Of a DNA stretch of 64,000 nt, positions 8,962 through 20,001 are shown in pieces. Below the pieces are notes generated by a model, which was not told where the DNA came from, did no database searches, and saw nothing but the letters and a program-made list of their open reading frames with translations. Positions within the stretch are counted from its first letter, which is position 1, and each line of letters starts with the position of its first letter. The stretch comes from an uncultured Ectothiorhodospiraceae bacterium (GTDB taxonomy: Bacteria > Pseudomonadota > Gammaproteobacteria > S012-40). The stretch is from positions 639-64,638 of the forward strand of contig CAZWUO010000001.1 of NCBI GenBank assembly GCA_964636675.1. The letters are read 5' to 3'. Made by a program: the position numbers and the translations under genes.

Positions 8962-10272
8962 CTACGTTTCATTGTTTTTGCTAAAGAGTTCCCGAAAAAC
9001 AGGATAAATGTCTGCGACATCGTGTAACTGCTGCATCGCAAAATTTGGATAAGTCGATACTATTTTTTCATACTCATACCACAGGCTTTGGTGGTTTTGC
9101 GGGGTTATTTCTACGTATGCAAAATATTGTACTAATGGCATAATGTCCTCTTCCAAGAGCTTTTTGCACAACGGGGAGTCATCATGCCAATTATCACCAT
9201 CTGATGCTTGGGCAGCATAAATATTCCATTCCTCTTCCGAGTATCGTTCTTGTGCGATTTTTTTCATTAAGTGTAATGCGCTCGATACAACTGTTCCACC
9301 TGTTTCGCGAGAATAAAAAAAGTCTTCTTCGGATACTTCTTTGGCGATAGTATGGTGTGATATGAAGACGAGTTCAATTTTTTCATAATTACGATTTAGA
9401 AATAGATAGAGAAGAATAAAGAATTTTTTAGCCATATCCTTCTTTTTTTGATCCATAGACCCCGATATATCCATGAGACAAAACATGACTGCCTGGGTTG
9501 TTGGTTTTTGGATGTCGACCCTATTGTTATACCGTAAATCAAAAGTGTCGATAAAGGGAATCGCATCTCGTTTCCTCTTTAGACCTTCAATTTTTTTTCT
9601 TAATTGAATGACCGGTAAATCGTCTTCGGAAGACGATTCTAATAGCAATTCTAGCTCTTTTTCTGTTTCGATTATTTTTTTTCTATAGGGATTGCGCAGT
9701 GCAATTCTGCGAGCTTGGGCACTACGCATTGAACGCAGAATATTAATGTTTGTAGGTACACCTGATGTAGTGAATCCCGCTCTGGATTTGCTTTTTTCAT
9801 ATATCGTGGAAAGTTTTGTTTTAACCAAGTTTGGAAGTTCAAGATCCTCAAAGAAAAACTCCATGAACTCTTCTTTACTGAGTTCAAAGACAAAGTCATC
9901 AGCACCCTCACCTTGATTCGACGGCTTATTTCCTTGTCCATTTCCTTTGCCACCTCTTGGTCTCGGTATTTTATCGCCGGGTACAAAATCATGATTTCCA
10001 GGATGGATAATATCTCGTTGGCCGCCTTGGCCATGATATATAGTCGGTTCAGAAATGTCTTTTGCAGGAATTGAGATTTTTTCACCACTGTCTACGTCAG
10101 TGATGCTTCGATTTGCAATGGCGTCAGTGACCGCCTTCTTAATTTGGTTTTTATAGCGCCGAATAAAACGTTGACGATTTACTGCACTTTTGTTTTTCCC
10201 ATTAAGACGACGATCAACAAGTCTGTACACAGTGTCAACCTTTATGAAGACTTGCGTACGCGTAAATACCAA
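8962..10272 (-). CDS. yeaH: YeaH/DUF444 family protein (vWA-like)
   Basis: 436 aa. Gly-rich basic segment RPRGGKGNGQGNKP typical of YeaH. Sits between prkA and spoVR. Its start overlaps the prkA 3' end. Confidence 0.85.
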   Translation of the reverse strand: MVFTRTQVFIKVDTVYRLVDRRLNGKNKSAVNRQRFIRRYKNQIKKAVTDAIANRSITDVDSGEKISIPAKDISEPTIYHGQGGQRDIIHPGNHDFVPGDKIPRPRGGKGNGQGNKPSNQGEGADDFVFELSKEEFMEFFFEDLELPNLVKTKLSTIYEKSKSRAGFTTSGVPTNINILRSMRSAQARRIALRNPYRKKIIETEKELELLLESSSEDDLPVIQLRKKIEGLKRKRDAIPFIDTFDLRYNNRVDIQKPTTQAVMFCLMDISGSMDQKKKDMAKKFFILLYLFLNRNYEKIELVFISHHTIAKEVSEEDFFYSRETGGTVVSSALHLMKKIAQERYSEEEWNIYAAQASDGDNWHDDSPLCKKLLEEDIMPLVQYFAYVEITPQNHQSLWYEYEKIVSTYPNFAMQQLHDVADIYPVFRELFSKNNET

Positions 10273-12164
10273 TCACAAAGTAAACGTACTTGTTTCGAGG
10301 TGTAGCCTTTGTCTGACATACGTTGCAAGAAGTCATCGTGCTTTTTCTTATCATCAGAGGAAGATTTTGTATTAAATGAGATAACGGGTAAAAGTTCTTC
10401 CGTATTAGAGAACATTTTTTTCTCTATGACATTTCTGAGTTTTTCATAGCTTGTCCAGCTAGGGTTTTTTCCTTTGTTTGCGGCTTTTGCTCGCAGAACA
10501 AAGTTTACGATCTCATTCCTAAAATCTTTAGGATTGCTGATTCCTGCTGGTTTTTCTATTTTTTCCAATTCTTCATTTAGTGCGGATCGACTAAATATTT
10601 CCCCGGTATCTGGGTCACGATAGTCTTCGTCTTGAATCCAATAGTCTGCATAGGTGACATAGCGGTCAAATATATTTTGACCATACTCTGAATAACTTTC
10701 TAGATACGCGGTTTGTATTTCTTTCCCAATAAATCCCACATATTCCCTAGCGAGATATCCTTTGATAAATGACAAATAACGCTCTTCAATTTCAGAAGAG
10801 AATTGTTCTTGTTCTATCTGCTGTTCCAATACATAGAGAAGATGAACCGGATTTGCTGCTATCTCCGAGTTATCATAATTAAACACTCGTGATAGTATTT
10901 TAAACGCGAAGCGAGTCGATAAACCTGTCATTCCTTCATCAACACCGGCAAAATCTGTATATTCTTGATAAGATTTTGCATGGGGGTCAGTATCTTTTAA
11001 ATTTTCTCCATCATAGACTCGCATCTTTGAATAAATATTCGAGTTTTCGGGCTCTTTCAGGCGAGATAATATGGCAAATTGAGCCATCATTTTGAGTGTA
11101 TCGGGCGCGCATGGGGCTTGAGAAAGCGAGCTTTCGCGCAAAAGTTTATTGTAAATTTTGATTTCGTCGGCTACCCGTAAACAGTAAGGGACTTTCACAA
11201 TATAAATTCGATCAAGAAATGCTTCATTATTTTTATTGTTTCTAAATGTTTGCCATTCGGATTCATTGGAGTGAGCAAGGACTATTCCATCGAATGGTAT
11301 AGCACCTAATCCTTCAGTGCCTTTATAGTTACTCTCTTGAGTTGCGGTTAACAGAGGATGTAACACTTTAATCGGTGCTTTAAACATCTCGACAAATTCT
11401 AATAGACCTTGGTTAGCTAAGCATAGTCCTCCTGAATAGCTATAAGCATCAGGATCATCCTGTGCATATTCTTCTAGTTTTCGGATATCTACTTTACCTA
11501 CTAAGCTAGAAATATCTTGGTTGTTTTCATCGCCAGGTTCGGTTTTGGCAATTCCCGATTGCAAAAGTATTGATGGCTTGAGCTTAACAATTTTAAATTT
11601 GGTAATATCGCCATTAAATTCTTGCAACCTTTTTACAGCCCAGGGTGACATCATTCCATTTAGATAGCGACGTGGTATGCCATAATCCTCTTCAAGAATT
11701 TCGGCATCCTCTTCTACGGAAAAAAGTCCCAGAGGAGATTCATTGACGGGGGATCCTTTGATGGCATAGAACGGTGTTACTTCCATCAGTGATTTCAGCT
11801 TTTCTGCTAACGAAGATTTTCCACCACCAACAGGGCCTAACAAATATAGAATTTGTTTTTTCTCTTCTAAGCCTTGTGCCGAGTGTTTGAAATAAGAAAC
11901 TATTTTTTCCACCGCGTCTTCCATGCCGTAAAAATCTTTGAATGCCGGATAAATTTTTATCATGCGATTGGAAAATAATCGGCTCAGCCGTGGATCTGTT
12001 CTTGTATCAATAATTTCTGGTTCGCCAATAGCAGCTAACATTCTTTCCGCTGCGGTAGCATATGCAGAGGAATCAGACTTGCAAAGCGTAAGATACTCCT
12101 GAATGGAATATTCTTCTTCTTTGGCTGCATCAAAACGTGTTTGATAATGATTGAATATGCTCAT
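10242..12164 (-). CDS. prkA: PrkA-family serine protein kinase (AAA-type)
   Basis: 640 aa. Walker A GPVGGGKSS. Strong end-to-end resemblance to E. coli YeaG/PrkA. Confidence 0.9.
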   Translation of the reverse strand: MSIFNHYQTRFDAAKEEEYSIQEYLTLCKSDSSAYATAAERMLAAIGEPEIIDTRTDPRLSRLFSNRMIKIYPAFKDFYGMEDAVEKIVSYFKHSAQGLEEKKQILYLLGPVGGGKSSLAEKLKSLMEVTPFYAIKGSPVNESPLGLFSVEEDAEILEEDYGIPRRYLNGMMSPWAVKRLQEFNGDITKFKIVKLKPSILLQSGIAKTEPGDENNQDISSLVGKVDIRKLEEYAQDDPDAYSYSGGLCLANQGLLEFVEMFKAPIKVLHPLLTATQESNYKGTEGLGAIPFDGIVLAHSNESEWQTFRNNKNNEAFLDRIYIVKVPYCLRVADEIKIYNKLLRESSLSQAPCAPDTLKMMAQFAILSRLKEPENSNIYSKMRVYDGENLKDTDPHAKSYQEYTDFAGVDEGMTGLSTRFAFKILSRVFNYDNSEIAANPVHLLYVLEQQIEQEQFSSEIEERYLSFIKGYLAREYVGFIGKEIQTAYLESYSEYGQNIFDRYVTYADYWIQDEDYRDPDTGEIFSRSALNEELEKIEKPAGISNPKDFRNEIVNFVLRAKAANKGKNPSWTSYEKLRNVIEKKMFSNTEELLPVISFNTKSSSDDKKKHDDFLQRMSDKGYTSKQVRLLCDWYLRVRKSS

Positions 12165-12777
12165 CAGATTTGCCTCCTAATGAGTGTTTGTACTTACTCA
12201 AATGCGGCAAACATTTACCGCCAATTCTGTGGTTAATGCAGTTAAGTGCATGAAAAAAAACTAAAAACCACTCAATGATATTCTAATTTAGCGAGCAAGA
12301 TATAAGCCAAGAGAATAAAATCGTGCTGTAGGCTCTATATCGTCGATTATATTAGTTGATAAACCAATACTGGTTAGGTACTTGGAGTCATAATACGCAA
12401 AAAAATGCGAAAATTTGTTGACTCTAGTTACGCATTTCGTGCTTGGGTTAGACAATTTAATGACGCTCTCAAGCATTTTGCAAAGGGAATTGGGCTGAAG
12501 TTTTTATGTGCCAAATCTTTCAAAGATAGGTGTTGTTTTTTACGCAAAAACAGGCCTTTTAGGGAGAAAAAAAATTAATACGTATCATTAAAAAAAAGTA
12601 TTTGTATCTTTTTTATGGACTATTATTGTAGTAAGTACGCCAATCGAAAATGCAAGCAGGACAAATGGATACTAAGATAAAAGGAGTGTTATATACACAT
12701 TAAATTTTCGTGGTGTTCTTGGGGTAAAATCTAATCTCAGGATTCGTTAAGAGTTATAATTATAGAGGAGATCATTT

Positions 12778-13308
12778 GTGAAGCTTCCGTTACAAATAAC
12801 AACGCGAAAACTTTCCTTACCGAAAAACGCTGCAGACATGATTAAGCAAAAAGCGAACAAACTAGAGACTTTTTATGACAAAATCATTGGGTGTCGCGTT
12901 ATGGTTGAGACACCACACAAGCACCAAAATCAGGGAGTATTATATAATGTTAGAATTGTAATTAGTGTCCCTGGATCAGAACTCATCGTGAAAAGAGAGC
13001 CTAACCAAGGTATCTATATTGCTATTCGTGATGCCTTTGATGCTGCAAGACGACAAATTCAAAATTTTGCGCGTAAACGTAGAGGAGAAATAAAGACCCA
13101 TCACGTCATTCCAACCGCTACAATCACTGAAATCTTTCCTTATATGGGATATGGCTTTATGACGACTGATGACGGTCGACAAATCTATTTTCATACCAAT
13201 AGTTTGATCAATCAGGATATTGCAGAAGTGGAAATAGGAGCTTCGGTGCGATTTGCCGAAAAGCAAGGCATGGATGGCCCTCAAGCGAGCACCGTTGCGT
13301 TGATCTAA
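12778..13308 (+). CDS. hpf: Ribosome hibernation factor (HPF/RaiA) N-domain fused to a C-terminal cold-shock-like (CSD) domain
   Basis: GTG start after agaggag SD. N-terminal 110 aa match the HPF/YfiA pattern (LQITTRKL...A..KLETFYDKI....V...PH). C-terminal 65 aa match CspA-like motifs (GYGFMTTDDGRQIYFH...VEIGASVRF...GPQAS). Confidence 0.7.
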   Translation: MKLPLQITTRKLSLPKNAADMIKQKANKLETFYDKIIGCRVMVETPHKHQNQGVLYNVRIVISVPGSELIVKREPNQGIYIAIRDAFDAARRQIQNFARKRRGEIKTHHVIPTATITEIFPYMGYGFMTTDDGRQIYFHTNSLINQDIAEVEIGASVRFAEKQGMDGPQASTVALI

Positions 13309-13382
13309 TAAATACAGAGATACCCTATAGCTAATAACGGTGTTTGTACGATCTCGGAGCTGTGAGTATTGGGAAGTATCTA

Positions 13383-13422
13383 AAAGCCTTTTCATTCTAT
13401 GGAATGAAAGGGCTTTTTCTTT
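13383..13422 (+). terminator. Rho-independent terminator downstream of hpf
   Basis: aaagccttttcattc-tatg-gaatgaaagggcttt followed by a T-run. Confidence 0.5.
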
Positions 13423-13549
13423 GTTAATCAATTATATAAGGTGTTAAGTGAAAGAATAAACTAAAGGTTCGTCGGTTTTATGTCGAAATGCTTGTGTACA
13501 TAGATTATGCACTCAACCCATTTACGAGAATAATACGGCGGTTCTTCCA

Positions 13550-14284
13550 ATGCCCTCAAAACCTTATAAGCAATTAAAAGATGGTGAGATTTCCAATGAT
13601 TTTGTCAAAAATTATGCGCCTTTAGTTAAGCGTATCGCGTATCATTTGATGGCTCGATTGCCCGCGTCGGTTATTGTCGATGATTTAATTCAGGCTGGTA
13701 TGGTCGGTTTGCTTGAAGCGTCACGGAATTACAAGGCAGAATTAGGCGCTAGTTTCGAGACCTATGCGGGGATTCGCATTCGCGGGTCAATGTTAGATGA
13801 ATTAAGACGAAATGACTGGGCTCCTAAGTCAGTCCATCGAAAAACGCGAGAATTAGCACAGGTTGTGCGTAAAATCGAAGGAGAAACGGGTAGAGATGCG
13901 CGTGATGATGAAGTCGCTAAAGCACTTAATATTACCTTGGGCGAATACTATAAGATACTGCAAGATGCGAGTACTGCGAGAATGTTCGGTTTTGAAGATT
14001 TAGGGGTCAATGAAGATACGCTTGACGCGGGAATACGGGATGGTGCGCGGAGTACGCCTCTCGATAAGATTCAAGACGAACGTTTTAAGAAAAAGCTCAA
14101 AGAAGCAATATCTGGCTTACCCGAGCGGGAGAAAATGGTGGTTACACTTTATTATGACTCTGAGCTAAATCTTAGGGAAATCGGTTCAGTATTAGGTGTG
14201 AGTGAATCGCGAATTAGTCAACTACTAAGCCAAGCGATGATACGGTTACGCGCACGCATGAAAGAATGGGTGATAGATTCTTAG
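13550..14284 (+). CDS. fliA: Flagellar sigma factor sigma-28 (FliA/RpoF)
   Basis: Sigma-70 region 2 (DLIQAGMVGLLEA), region 3 and a region-4 HTH (LNLREIGSVLGVSESRISQLLSQA). 244 aa. Confidence 0.85.
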   Translation: MPSKPYKQLKDGEISNDFVKNYAPLVKRIAYHLMARLPASVIVDDLIQAGMVGLLEASRNYKAELGASFETYAGIRIRGSMLDELRRNDWAPKSVHRKTRELAQVVRKIEGETGRDARDDEVAKALNITLGEYYKILQDASTARMFGFEDLGVNEDTLDAGIRDGARSTPLDKIQDERFKKKLKEAISGLPEREKMVVTLYYDSELNLREIGSVLGVSESRISQLLSQAMIRLRARMKEWVIDS

Positions 14285-14318
14285 CGCAAATTTAGTTAGA
14301 TTTGAAACAGGTATAACA

Positions 14319-14762
14319 ATGTTATTGAAACCCCATTTAAAGAATTGCCAAAAGCTTTATGAGCAAAATTATCGAAATTTACTGGCGATAATGCCTGAGT
14401 TAGTCATTATAGAAATGCAAAAAAATAACTATGGGCTTCCTGCTTACGGCTTAAAAGTCCACATACGCGAGCGTACAAGATATACAACGTTGCTAAGCTT
14501 TGATATTAATCAGAATATTGAAAGTCCTTTTATAAAGGCTTCTGTGTTTCAAGTGCGGATGTATCACGATGCTAGAGTAGCGGAAGTGGTTTCTTATCAA
14601 GGTCATCGTTGTCAACAGGCTCACTACGCATATCCCAACCAAAATATGTACCACAAAGACGAAAAAAAACAATTAAACTTATTACTTTCCGAAGTAATCG
14701 AGCTTTGTCATGATAATGGCTTGAACGCGATTCCAAATATTCATTCCTTCGAAATAAATTAG
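14319..14762 (+). CDS. Hypothetical protein (147 aa) downstream of fliA
   Basis: ORF with reasonable codon usage and no recognisable motif. Possibly co-transcribed with fliA. Confidence 0.5.
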   Translation: MLLKPHLKNCQKLYEQNYRNLLAIMPELVIIEMQKNNYGLPAYGLKVHIRERTRYTTLLSFDINQNIESPFIKASVFQVRMYHDARVAEVVSYQGHRCQQAHYAYPNQNMYHKDEKKQLNLLLSEVIELCHDNGLNAIPNIHSFEIN

Positions 14763-14973
14763 CTCCCTTCTTACATTATCAGTGATCATTATGCGTGCGC
14801 TACGAGTATAGCTTTGCATTTGTTACTGAATATTCCGCCTTCGGAAACAAAATTTGCTGGATGGCTCATCCGTTGCCATTGATGTCTTCCCTCGTGATTT
14901 TTGTGAACTTAGATAAGTTGAATTATCTGGTTTTGCAGGGCAAATTCGGCTGATTTTGGCTTTTCCAGTTTTA

Positions 14974-14989
14974 TGTGAATTAATTCACA
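14974..14989. promoter_or_regulatory. Perfect CRP/Vfr-type palindrome TGTGA-N6-TCACA
   Basis: tgtgaattaattcaca, embedded in the 18-bp perfect palindrome atgtgaattaattcacat, about 100 bp upstream of the small acidic ORF starting at 15090. Confidence 0.45.
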
Positions 14990-15089
14990 TTTTTTCTTTT
15001 ATTCTTGGTTAATTTAATTTGAGTCCAGACGATTAAAACATTAGTTCGGTATGTAAATACATTTAACGCTAATAACACAGGTGATAATA

Positions 15090-15299
15090 ATGGCTAGAAC
15101 CATTGAAAATGCTCAGTATGCGGGTGCGGGTAAGAGAAAACTTGAAAATATGAATGACTCCGTCCGTATGGATGATGCGTATAAAGAGCCTAAATCCATA
15201 CAGATCGATGATGAATGGGACACCAACATGGAAGAGTATTTTGATGAAATCGAAGATTTTCAAGATATCGATTTTCCAAGACTAGACAACGATTATTAA
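15090..15299 (+). CDS. Small, highly acidic hypothetical protein (about 69 aa)
   Basis: ATG 5 nt after the acaggtga SD. C-terminal half is very acidic (EEYFDEIEDFQDIDF). The ORF track gives a GTG-extended version from 15081. Confidence 0.4.
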   Translation: MARTIENAQYAGAGKRKLENMNDSVRMDDAYKEPKSIQIDDEWDTNMEEYFDEIEDFQDIDFPRLDNDY

Positions 15300-15419
15300 G
15301 GACGCTCTGATTAATTCTAGGCCACAGAGCTAGAAGATTTTAGTCTAGCCATTGATTCATGAATTAGTCAGAGATTTGCAAAGGGGTCTCAATTAATACA
15401 CCAGTACGGCAGCATTAAT

Positions 15420-15647
15420 CCTAGATTTCGCAATTGACCGCTGTGAGGCATCGTTAAGCGGCTGAATAAAAAACGAATGAGGTGGTTTGTCGAATTCACT
15501 CAGAGGATGAGTGCGTTACGCCATGAATAGCGCACTTATAAGCGCACTCGATAACTGCTCCATGCGTCGCCTAAGAGCGCCTACTTTTGGTGTTCTACCT
15601 CCTGCATCCATGCAGTCGTCTGCATGCCGACCAACTGCGATTCTAGG
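15420..15647. repeat. Full-length (about 228 bp) MITE-like repeat with terminal inverted repeats and a 5-bp flanking duplication TTAAT
   Basis: Ends are cctagatttcgcaattgaccgc ... ccaactgcgattctagg. Internal nested palindromes ctgcatccatgcag and gcagtcgtctgc. Flanked by ttaat on both sides. Confidence 0.7.
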
Positions 15648-15669
15648 TTAATGGATAAAAACCCTTGTG

Positions 15670-16539
15670 TTAATGTGGTTTAATTTCCATGAATGCGCTC
15701 GCAGCGTTAGATAGCGTTCTTTGTTTGTGAGTGACTATCCCTAACTTTCGAGCAATTGCAATACCCTTGACCTTAAAGGGGCTTATTTCAGGACCTAACA
15801 TTGACTCAGGTAACACGCTCCACCCCAGTCCGACTCCTACCAACATTTTTATTGTTTCCAGATAGTTTGTCGCGATCCCGGATTGTAACGTAATATTTTT
15901 TTGCTTAAATTGAGCGTCTAATATTCTGCGTGTATAGGTGCTTTGGCTGGTTAATATGGCGGGCTGATCGGCCAATTGTAACGGAGAAATCGGTTCTTCA
16001 TTTGTCCATGGATGATCGGGTTTTATGACGAAACACAATTTATCATTCCACATCGGGGTTTGCTCTAAGTTGTCTATGGGTTTATTTGGCAGGGTAACAA
16101 TCGCAAATTCTAGCTTACCTGAAAGAACCTGCTCGCAAGCGGCTTCCGAATCTAAAAATGATATATTGACATTAACGCTAGGAAAGTTTTCAGTAAAAAT
16201 TTTTAGTATCGGAGGCAAATGGTATAAACCAATATGATGACTTGTTCCGAAGTTTAATTTCCCTGCAATTTCAGTTGAAAACTTGTCTACCGCTTTTTTA
16301 GCTTCGCTGATGGAGTCTAAAACCAGCTTTGCTTTGGGTAGCAACGCTTCGCCAACGGCGGTTAAGCGACATGACCTACCAATTCGATCAAACAGTTTTT
16401 GATTGAGCGAGGCTTCTAGATTGAATATTCGCTTACTCACCGCAGACTGAGTGATGAATAAATCATCTGCTGCTGCAGAAAACGATCCTGTATCCGAGAC
16501 TGCGATAAATGCACTCAAATTAGCAATATCCATGTTCAA
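15670..16539 (-). CDS. LysR-family transcriptional regulator, divergent from leuC (probable leu-operon regulator)
   Basis: N-terminal HTH FIAVSDTGSFSAAADDLFITQSAVSKRI and a LysR substrate-binding domain. Divergent arrangement with leuCDB. Confidence 0.85.
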   Translation of the reverse strand: MNMDIANLSAFIAVSDTGSFSAAADDLFITQSAVSKRIFNLEASLNQKLFDRIGRSCRLTAVGEALLPKAKLVLDSISEAKKAVDKFSTEIAGKLNFGTSHHIGLYHLPPILKIFTENFPSVNVNISFLDSEAACEQVLSGKLEFAIVTLPNKPIDNLEQTPMWNDKLCFVIKPDHPWTNEEPISPLQLADQPAILTSQSTYTRRILDAQFKQKNITLQSGIATNYLETIKMLVGVGLGWSVLPESMLGPEISPFKVKGIAIARKLGIVTHKQRTLSNAASAFMEIKPH

Positions 16540-16697
16540 ATCCTTGAGTTATTGGTATTCCTGTTAGGAATGGTTTCCTATTATAAATATGAATTGAAGT
16601 AATGAAAAGATATTAGGTAAAATAGCGATACTTGCTTTTATCGTAGCCGCAAGATCCAATTTCGCTAAATTGGGCTTACTCTGAGGAATATTAGAAA

Positions 16698-18116
16698 ATG
16701 AACGGAAAAACACTTTATGACAAATTATGGGATGCGCATGTCGTGCGTCAGGAAAATGATGGCACTTCACTCATTTATATAGATCGTCAGCTTGTACATG
16801 AAGTGACATCACCCCAAGCGTTCGAGGGGTTACGTGTGAACAAAAGATTGCCCTGGCGCACGGCCGCTAATTTAGCCACACCGGATCATAATGTTCCGAC
16901 TACCGATAGAAGCCAGGGAATCACGGATGAAATTTCACGACTGCAAGTTGAGACATTAGATCAAAACTGCCGTGAGTTCAATATAATCGAATTCCCTATG
17001 GATGACATTCGTCAGGGAATAGTGCATGTAGTGGGGCCTGAGCAAGGTGCCACATTACCGGGTATGACCATCGTGTGTGGGGATTCTCATACTGCTACAC
17101 ACGGTGCATTTGGCGCCTTAGCTTTTGGCATCGGAACATCGGAGGTCGAGCATGTACTCGCAACTCAATGTCTCATGCAACAAAAGTCAAAAAATATGCA
17201 AATCAAGGTTGATGGCTTTACCGTTGACGGCGTGAGTGCAAAAGATATCGTCTTAGCCATTATTGGGCGCATTGGAACGGCAGGTGGCACAGGCCATACC
17301 ATTGAGTTTGTCGGAGATGCAATAACAGCGCTGTCGATGGAAGGTAGAATGACGGTGTGCAATATGGCTATCGAGGCGGGTGCTAGGGCAGGGATTATTG
17401 CGGTTGATCACAAGACGATCGAATATGTTAAAGGACGCCCTTATGCACCCAAAAAGTCCCAATGGGAGCAGGCTATTCAGCAATGGCAAGATTTACACAG
17501 TGATGCAGATGCTAAATTTGATCGTGTGGTTGAAATTGACGCAACAGAAATTAAGCCGCAGGTCACTTGGGGAACATCGCCTGAAATGGTGGTAGATATC
17601 GATTCGAAAGTACCTGACCCTATGGCGGTTGGTGATCTCGTTAAACGCGAAAGTATGCTGGCGGCGCTCAATTATATGGGCTTAGAAGCGAACACTGCTA
17701 TACGAGATATCAGAATTGATGCAGTGTTTATTGGTTCGTGTACTAACTCCAGGATTGAAGATTTGCGTGTTGCTGCGAAGATTGTTAAAGGTCAAAAATT
17801 AGCGAAAAATATTAAGCAAGCATTGGTCGTGGCGGGTTCTGGCTTGGTAAAAAAACAAGCAGAAGGCGAGGGCTTAGACATCATATTTAAGGCAGCAGGT
17901 TTTGAGTGGCGTGAACCGGGTTGCTCGATGTGTCTCGCGATGAATGCTGATCGATTGGAGGAGGGTGAAAGATGTGCTGCAACATCAAATCGGAATTTTG
18001 AAGGTCGTCAAGGAAAAGGGGGAAGAACCCACTTGGTAAGCCCTGCAATGGCTGCTGCAGCTGCTATCGCAGGTCATTTTGTGGATATTCGTGAAAAAAT
18101 TGGGAGCATGACATAA
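16698..18116 (+). CDS. leuC: 3-isopropylmalate dehydratase large subunit
   Basis: Near-identical blocks to E. coli LeuC ([59 protein letters not shown]). Confidence 0.95.
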   Translation: MNGKTLYDKLWDAHVVRQENDGTSLIYIDRQLVHEVTSPQAFEGLRVNKRLPWRTAANLATPDHNVPTTDRSQGITDEISRLQVETLDQNCREFNIIEFPMDDIRQGIVHVVGPEQGATLPGMTIVCGDSHTATHGAFGALAFGIGTSEVEHVLATQCLMQQKSKNMQIKVDGFTVDGVSAKDIVLAIIGRIGTAGGTGHTIEFVGDAITALSMEGRMTVCNMAIEAGARAGIIAVDHKTIEYVKGRPYAPKKSQWEQAIQQWQDLHSDADAKFDRVVEIDATEIKPQVTWGTSPEMVVDIDSKVPDPMAVGDLVKRESMLAALNYMGLEANTAIRDIRIDAVFIGSCTNSRIEDLRVAAKIVKGQKLAKNIKQALVVAGSGLVKKQAEGEGLDIIFKAAGFEWREPGCSMCLAMNADRLEEGERCAATSNRNFEGRQGKGGRTHLVSPAMAAAAAIAGHFVDIREKIGSMT

Positions 18117-18760
18117 TGGAAGCTTTTACTCAGTTAGCAGGCATTGTGGTACCGCTGGATAGGGCTAATGTCGATACAGACGCGATTATCCCTAAGCAGT
18201 TTTTGAAATCTATAAAACGTTCTGGGTTTGGTCCGAATTTGTTTGACGAATGGCGTTATATGGATCATGGGGAGCCTGGCCAAGATGTGCAGAATCGGAA
18301 ATTGAACCCAGACTTTGTGTTGAACCAGGCGCGTTATCTAAACGCGAGTATATTGCTTGCAAGGGAAAATTTTGGCTGTGGTTCAAGTCGCGAGCATGCG
18401 CCATGGGCATTAGAGGATTTCGGAATTAAGGTCATTATTGCACCTAGTTTTGCAGACATTTTCTATAACAACTGTTTCAAAAATGGTATTCTTCCTATCG
18501 TTTTGGATGCATCGATTGTAGATGATTTGTTTGCAAGCACGTTTACGCAGATAGGTTATAGCCTCACCGTTGATTTACCTGCGCAAAAAATAGTGGCTAA
18601 GGGGAATAAAATAATTGAATTTGACATTGATCCGTTTCGCAAAGATTGCTTGATAAACGGTTTAGATGATATTGCTTTAACATTGCGCTATGTTGACGCA
18701 ATAAAAAAATATGAAGCACGCAAAAAAGTAGAATCCCCGTGGTTATTTAACGATCTCTGA
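18116..18760 (+). CDS. leuD: 3-isopropylmalate dehydratase small subunit
   Basis: ATG overlaps the leuC stop (taATGg). LeuD motifs [11 protein letters not shown]. Confidence 0.9.
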   Translation: MEAFTQLAGIVVPLDRANVDTDAIIPKQFLKSIKRSGFGPNLFDEWRYMDHGEPGQDVQNRKLNPDFVLNQARYLNASILLARENFGCGSSREHAPWALEDFGIKVIIAPSFADIFYNNCFKNGILPIVLDASIVDDLFASTFTQIGYSLTVDLPAQKIVAKGNKIIEFDIDPFRKDCLINGLDDIALTLRYVDAIKKYEARKKVESPWLFNDL

Positions 18761-18797
18761 ACGGCAAATCGCAGCAAGATTCCAATTTGAAAATTTA

Positions 18798-19982
18798 GTG
18801 AATGGGATGAACATGACAAAAAAAATACTCGTATTACCCGGTGATGGCATTGGCCCGGAAATCGTCGAGGAAGCTACCAAGGTTCTTAAATGCCTTAAGC
18901 AAGAACTCGAATTGGATATAGAGCTGGAATATGCCCACATCGGTGGTGCTGCAATTGATGCTCTCGGTAGCCCATTACCTAAGGAAACGCTAAAACTCGC
19001 GAGGGAATGTGATGCGATATTATTAGGTGCTGTGGGTGGGCCTAAATGGGAATCCTTGGATATTTCCATGAGGCCTGAAAAGGGCTTGCTGGGTTTGCGT
19101 TCTGAATTAGAGCTATTTTCAAATTTGCGTCCTGCGATATTATATCCTCAGCTTGCCGCGGCCTCATCTTTGAAATCTGAAATTGTATCTGGGCTTGATA
19201 TTATGATTGTCAGAGAGCTGACAGGTGGAATATATTTTGGACAGCCGAGAGGAATTAGAGTTTTAGACAATGGGGATAAAGAAGGATTTAATACCCTCGT
19301 TTATAATGAAACCGAAATCAAACGTATTGGCCGTTCGGCATTTCAAATTGCTCAAAAAAGAAATAAAAAACTATGCTCTATTGATAAGGCCAATGTTTTG
19401 GAGTGTACTGAATTATGGCGCGAAACGATGACTGAGCTTGCAAAAGATTATCCGGATGTAGAGTTAATTCACATGTATGTGGATAATGCGGCAATGCAAC
19501 TTGTTAAGGCACCAAAACAATTTGATGTCATCGTTACAACTAATATGTTCGGGGATATCTTATCTGATTGTGCCGCTATGCTGACTGGCTCGATAGGGAT
19601 GTTGCCCTCTGCTTCTTTGGCTGCTGATAACAAAGGTATGTATGAACCCATTCATGGATCAGCCCCCGATATTGCAGGCCAAGGTATCGCAAACCCACTT
19701 GCGACCATATTGTCAGTCGCTATGATGCTAAGATATAGCCTGGATGCGTCGGCGTTGGCGGATCGAGTAGAGCATGCTGTAGCTACGGTATTAGATGAAA
19801 AACTAAGAACGCCTGACATACATACTGATGATAGTCGTAAAGTTGGTACGGAAGAAATGGGTGATGCAGTTATTGCTTCAATGATGCGGGAGTACTGGCA
19901 TGAAGCTGGAATGAAGCAAAACCTGGAGAATAGCACTCACGAATGTGTAGGTAGTGGTGGCTTGAGCAATGACGCCGATTAA
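18798..19982 (+). CDS. leuB: 3-isopropylmalate dehydrogenase
   Basis: [14 protein letters not shown]-terminus and the NMFGDILSD motif. The true start may be the internal ATG at 18813 ([14 protein letters not shown]). Confidence 0.9.
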   Translation: MNGMNMTKKILVLPGDGIGPEIVEEATKVLKCLKQELELDIELEYAHIGGAAIDALGSPLPKETLKLARECDAILLGAVGGPKWESLDISMRPEKGLLGLRSELELFSNLRPAILYPQLAAASSLKSEIVSGLDIMIVRELTGGIYFGQPRGIRVLDNGDKEGFNTLVYNETEIKRIGRSAFQIAQKRNKKLCSIDKANVLECTELWRETMTELAKDYPDVELIHMYVDNAAMQLVKAPKQFDVIVTTNMFGDILSDCAAMLTGSIGMLPSASLAADNKGMYEPIHGSAPDIAGQGIANPLATILSVAMMLRYSLDASALADRVEHAVATVLDEKLRTPDIHTDDSRKVGTEEMGDAVIASMMREYWHEAGMKQNLENSTHECVGSGGLSNDAD

Positions 19983-20001
19983 TGACTATAGGAATTCATG
20001 A

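Noticed and set aside
9672-10088. 138-aa minus-strand ORF and 74-aa plus-strand ORF (9692..9916) inside yeaH
   Set aside because: Both are nested within or antisense to the conserved yeaH reading frame with no independent signals.
12976-13431. 151-aa minus-strand ORF
   Set aside because: Entirely antisense to the HPF-CSD gene, which has clear homology. Likely spurious.
16564-16770. 68-aa minus-strand ORF in the lysR-leuC divergent region
   Set aside because: Overlaps the leuC start and promoter region. No SD. Likely spurious.
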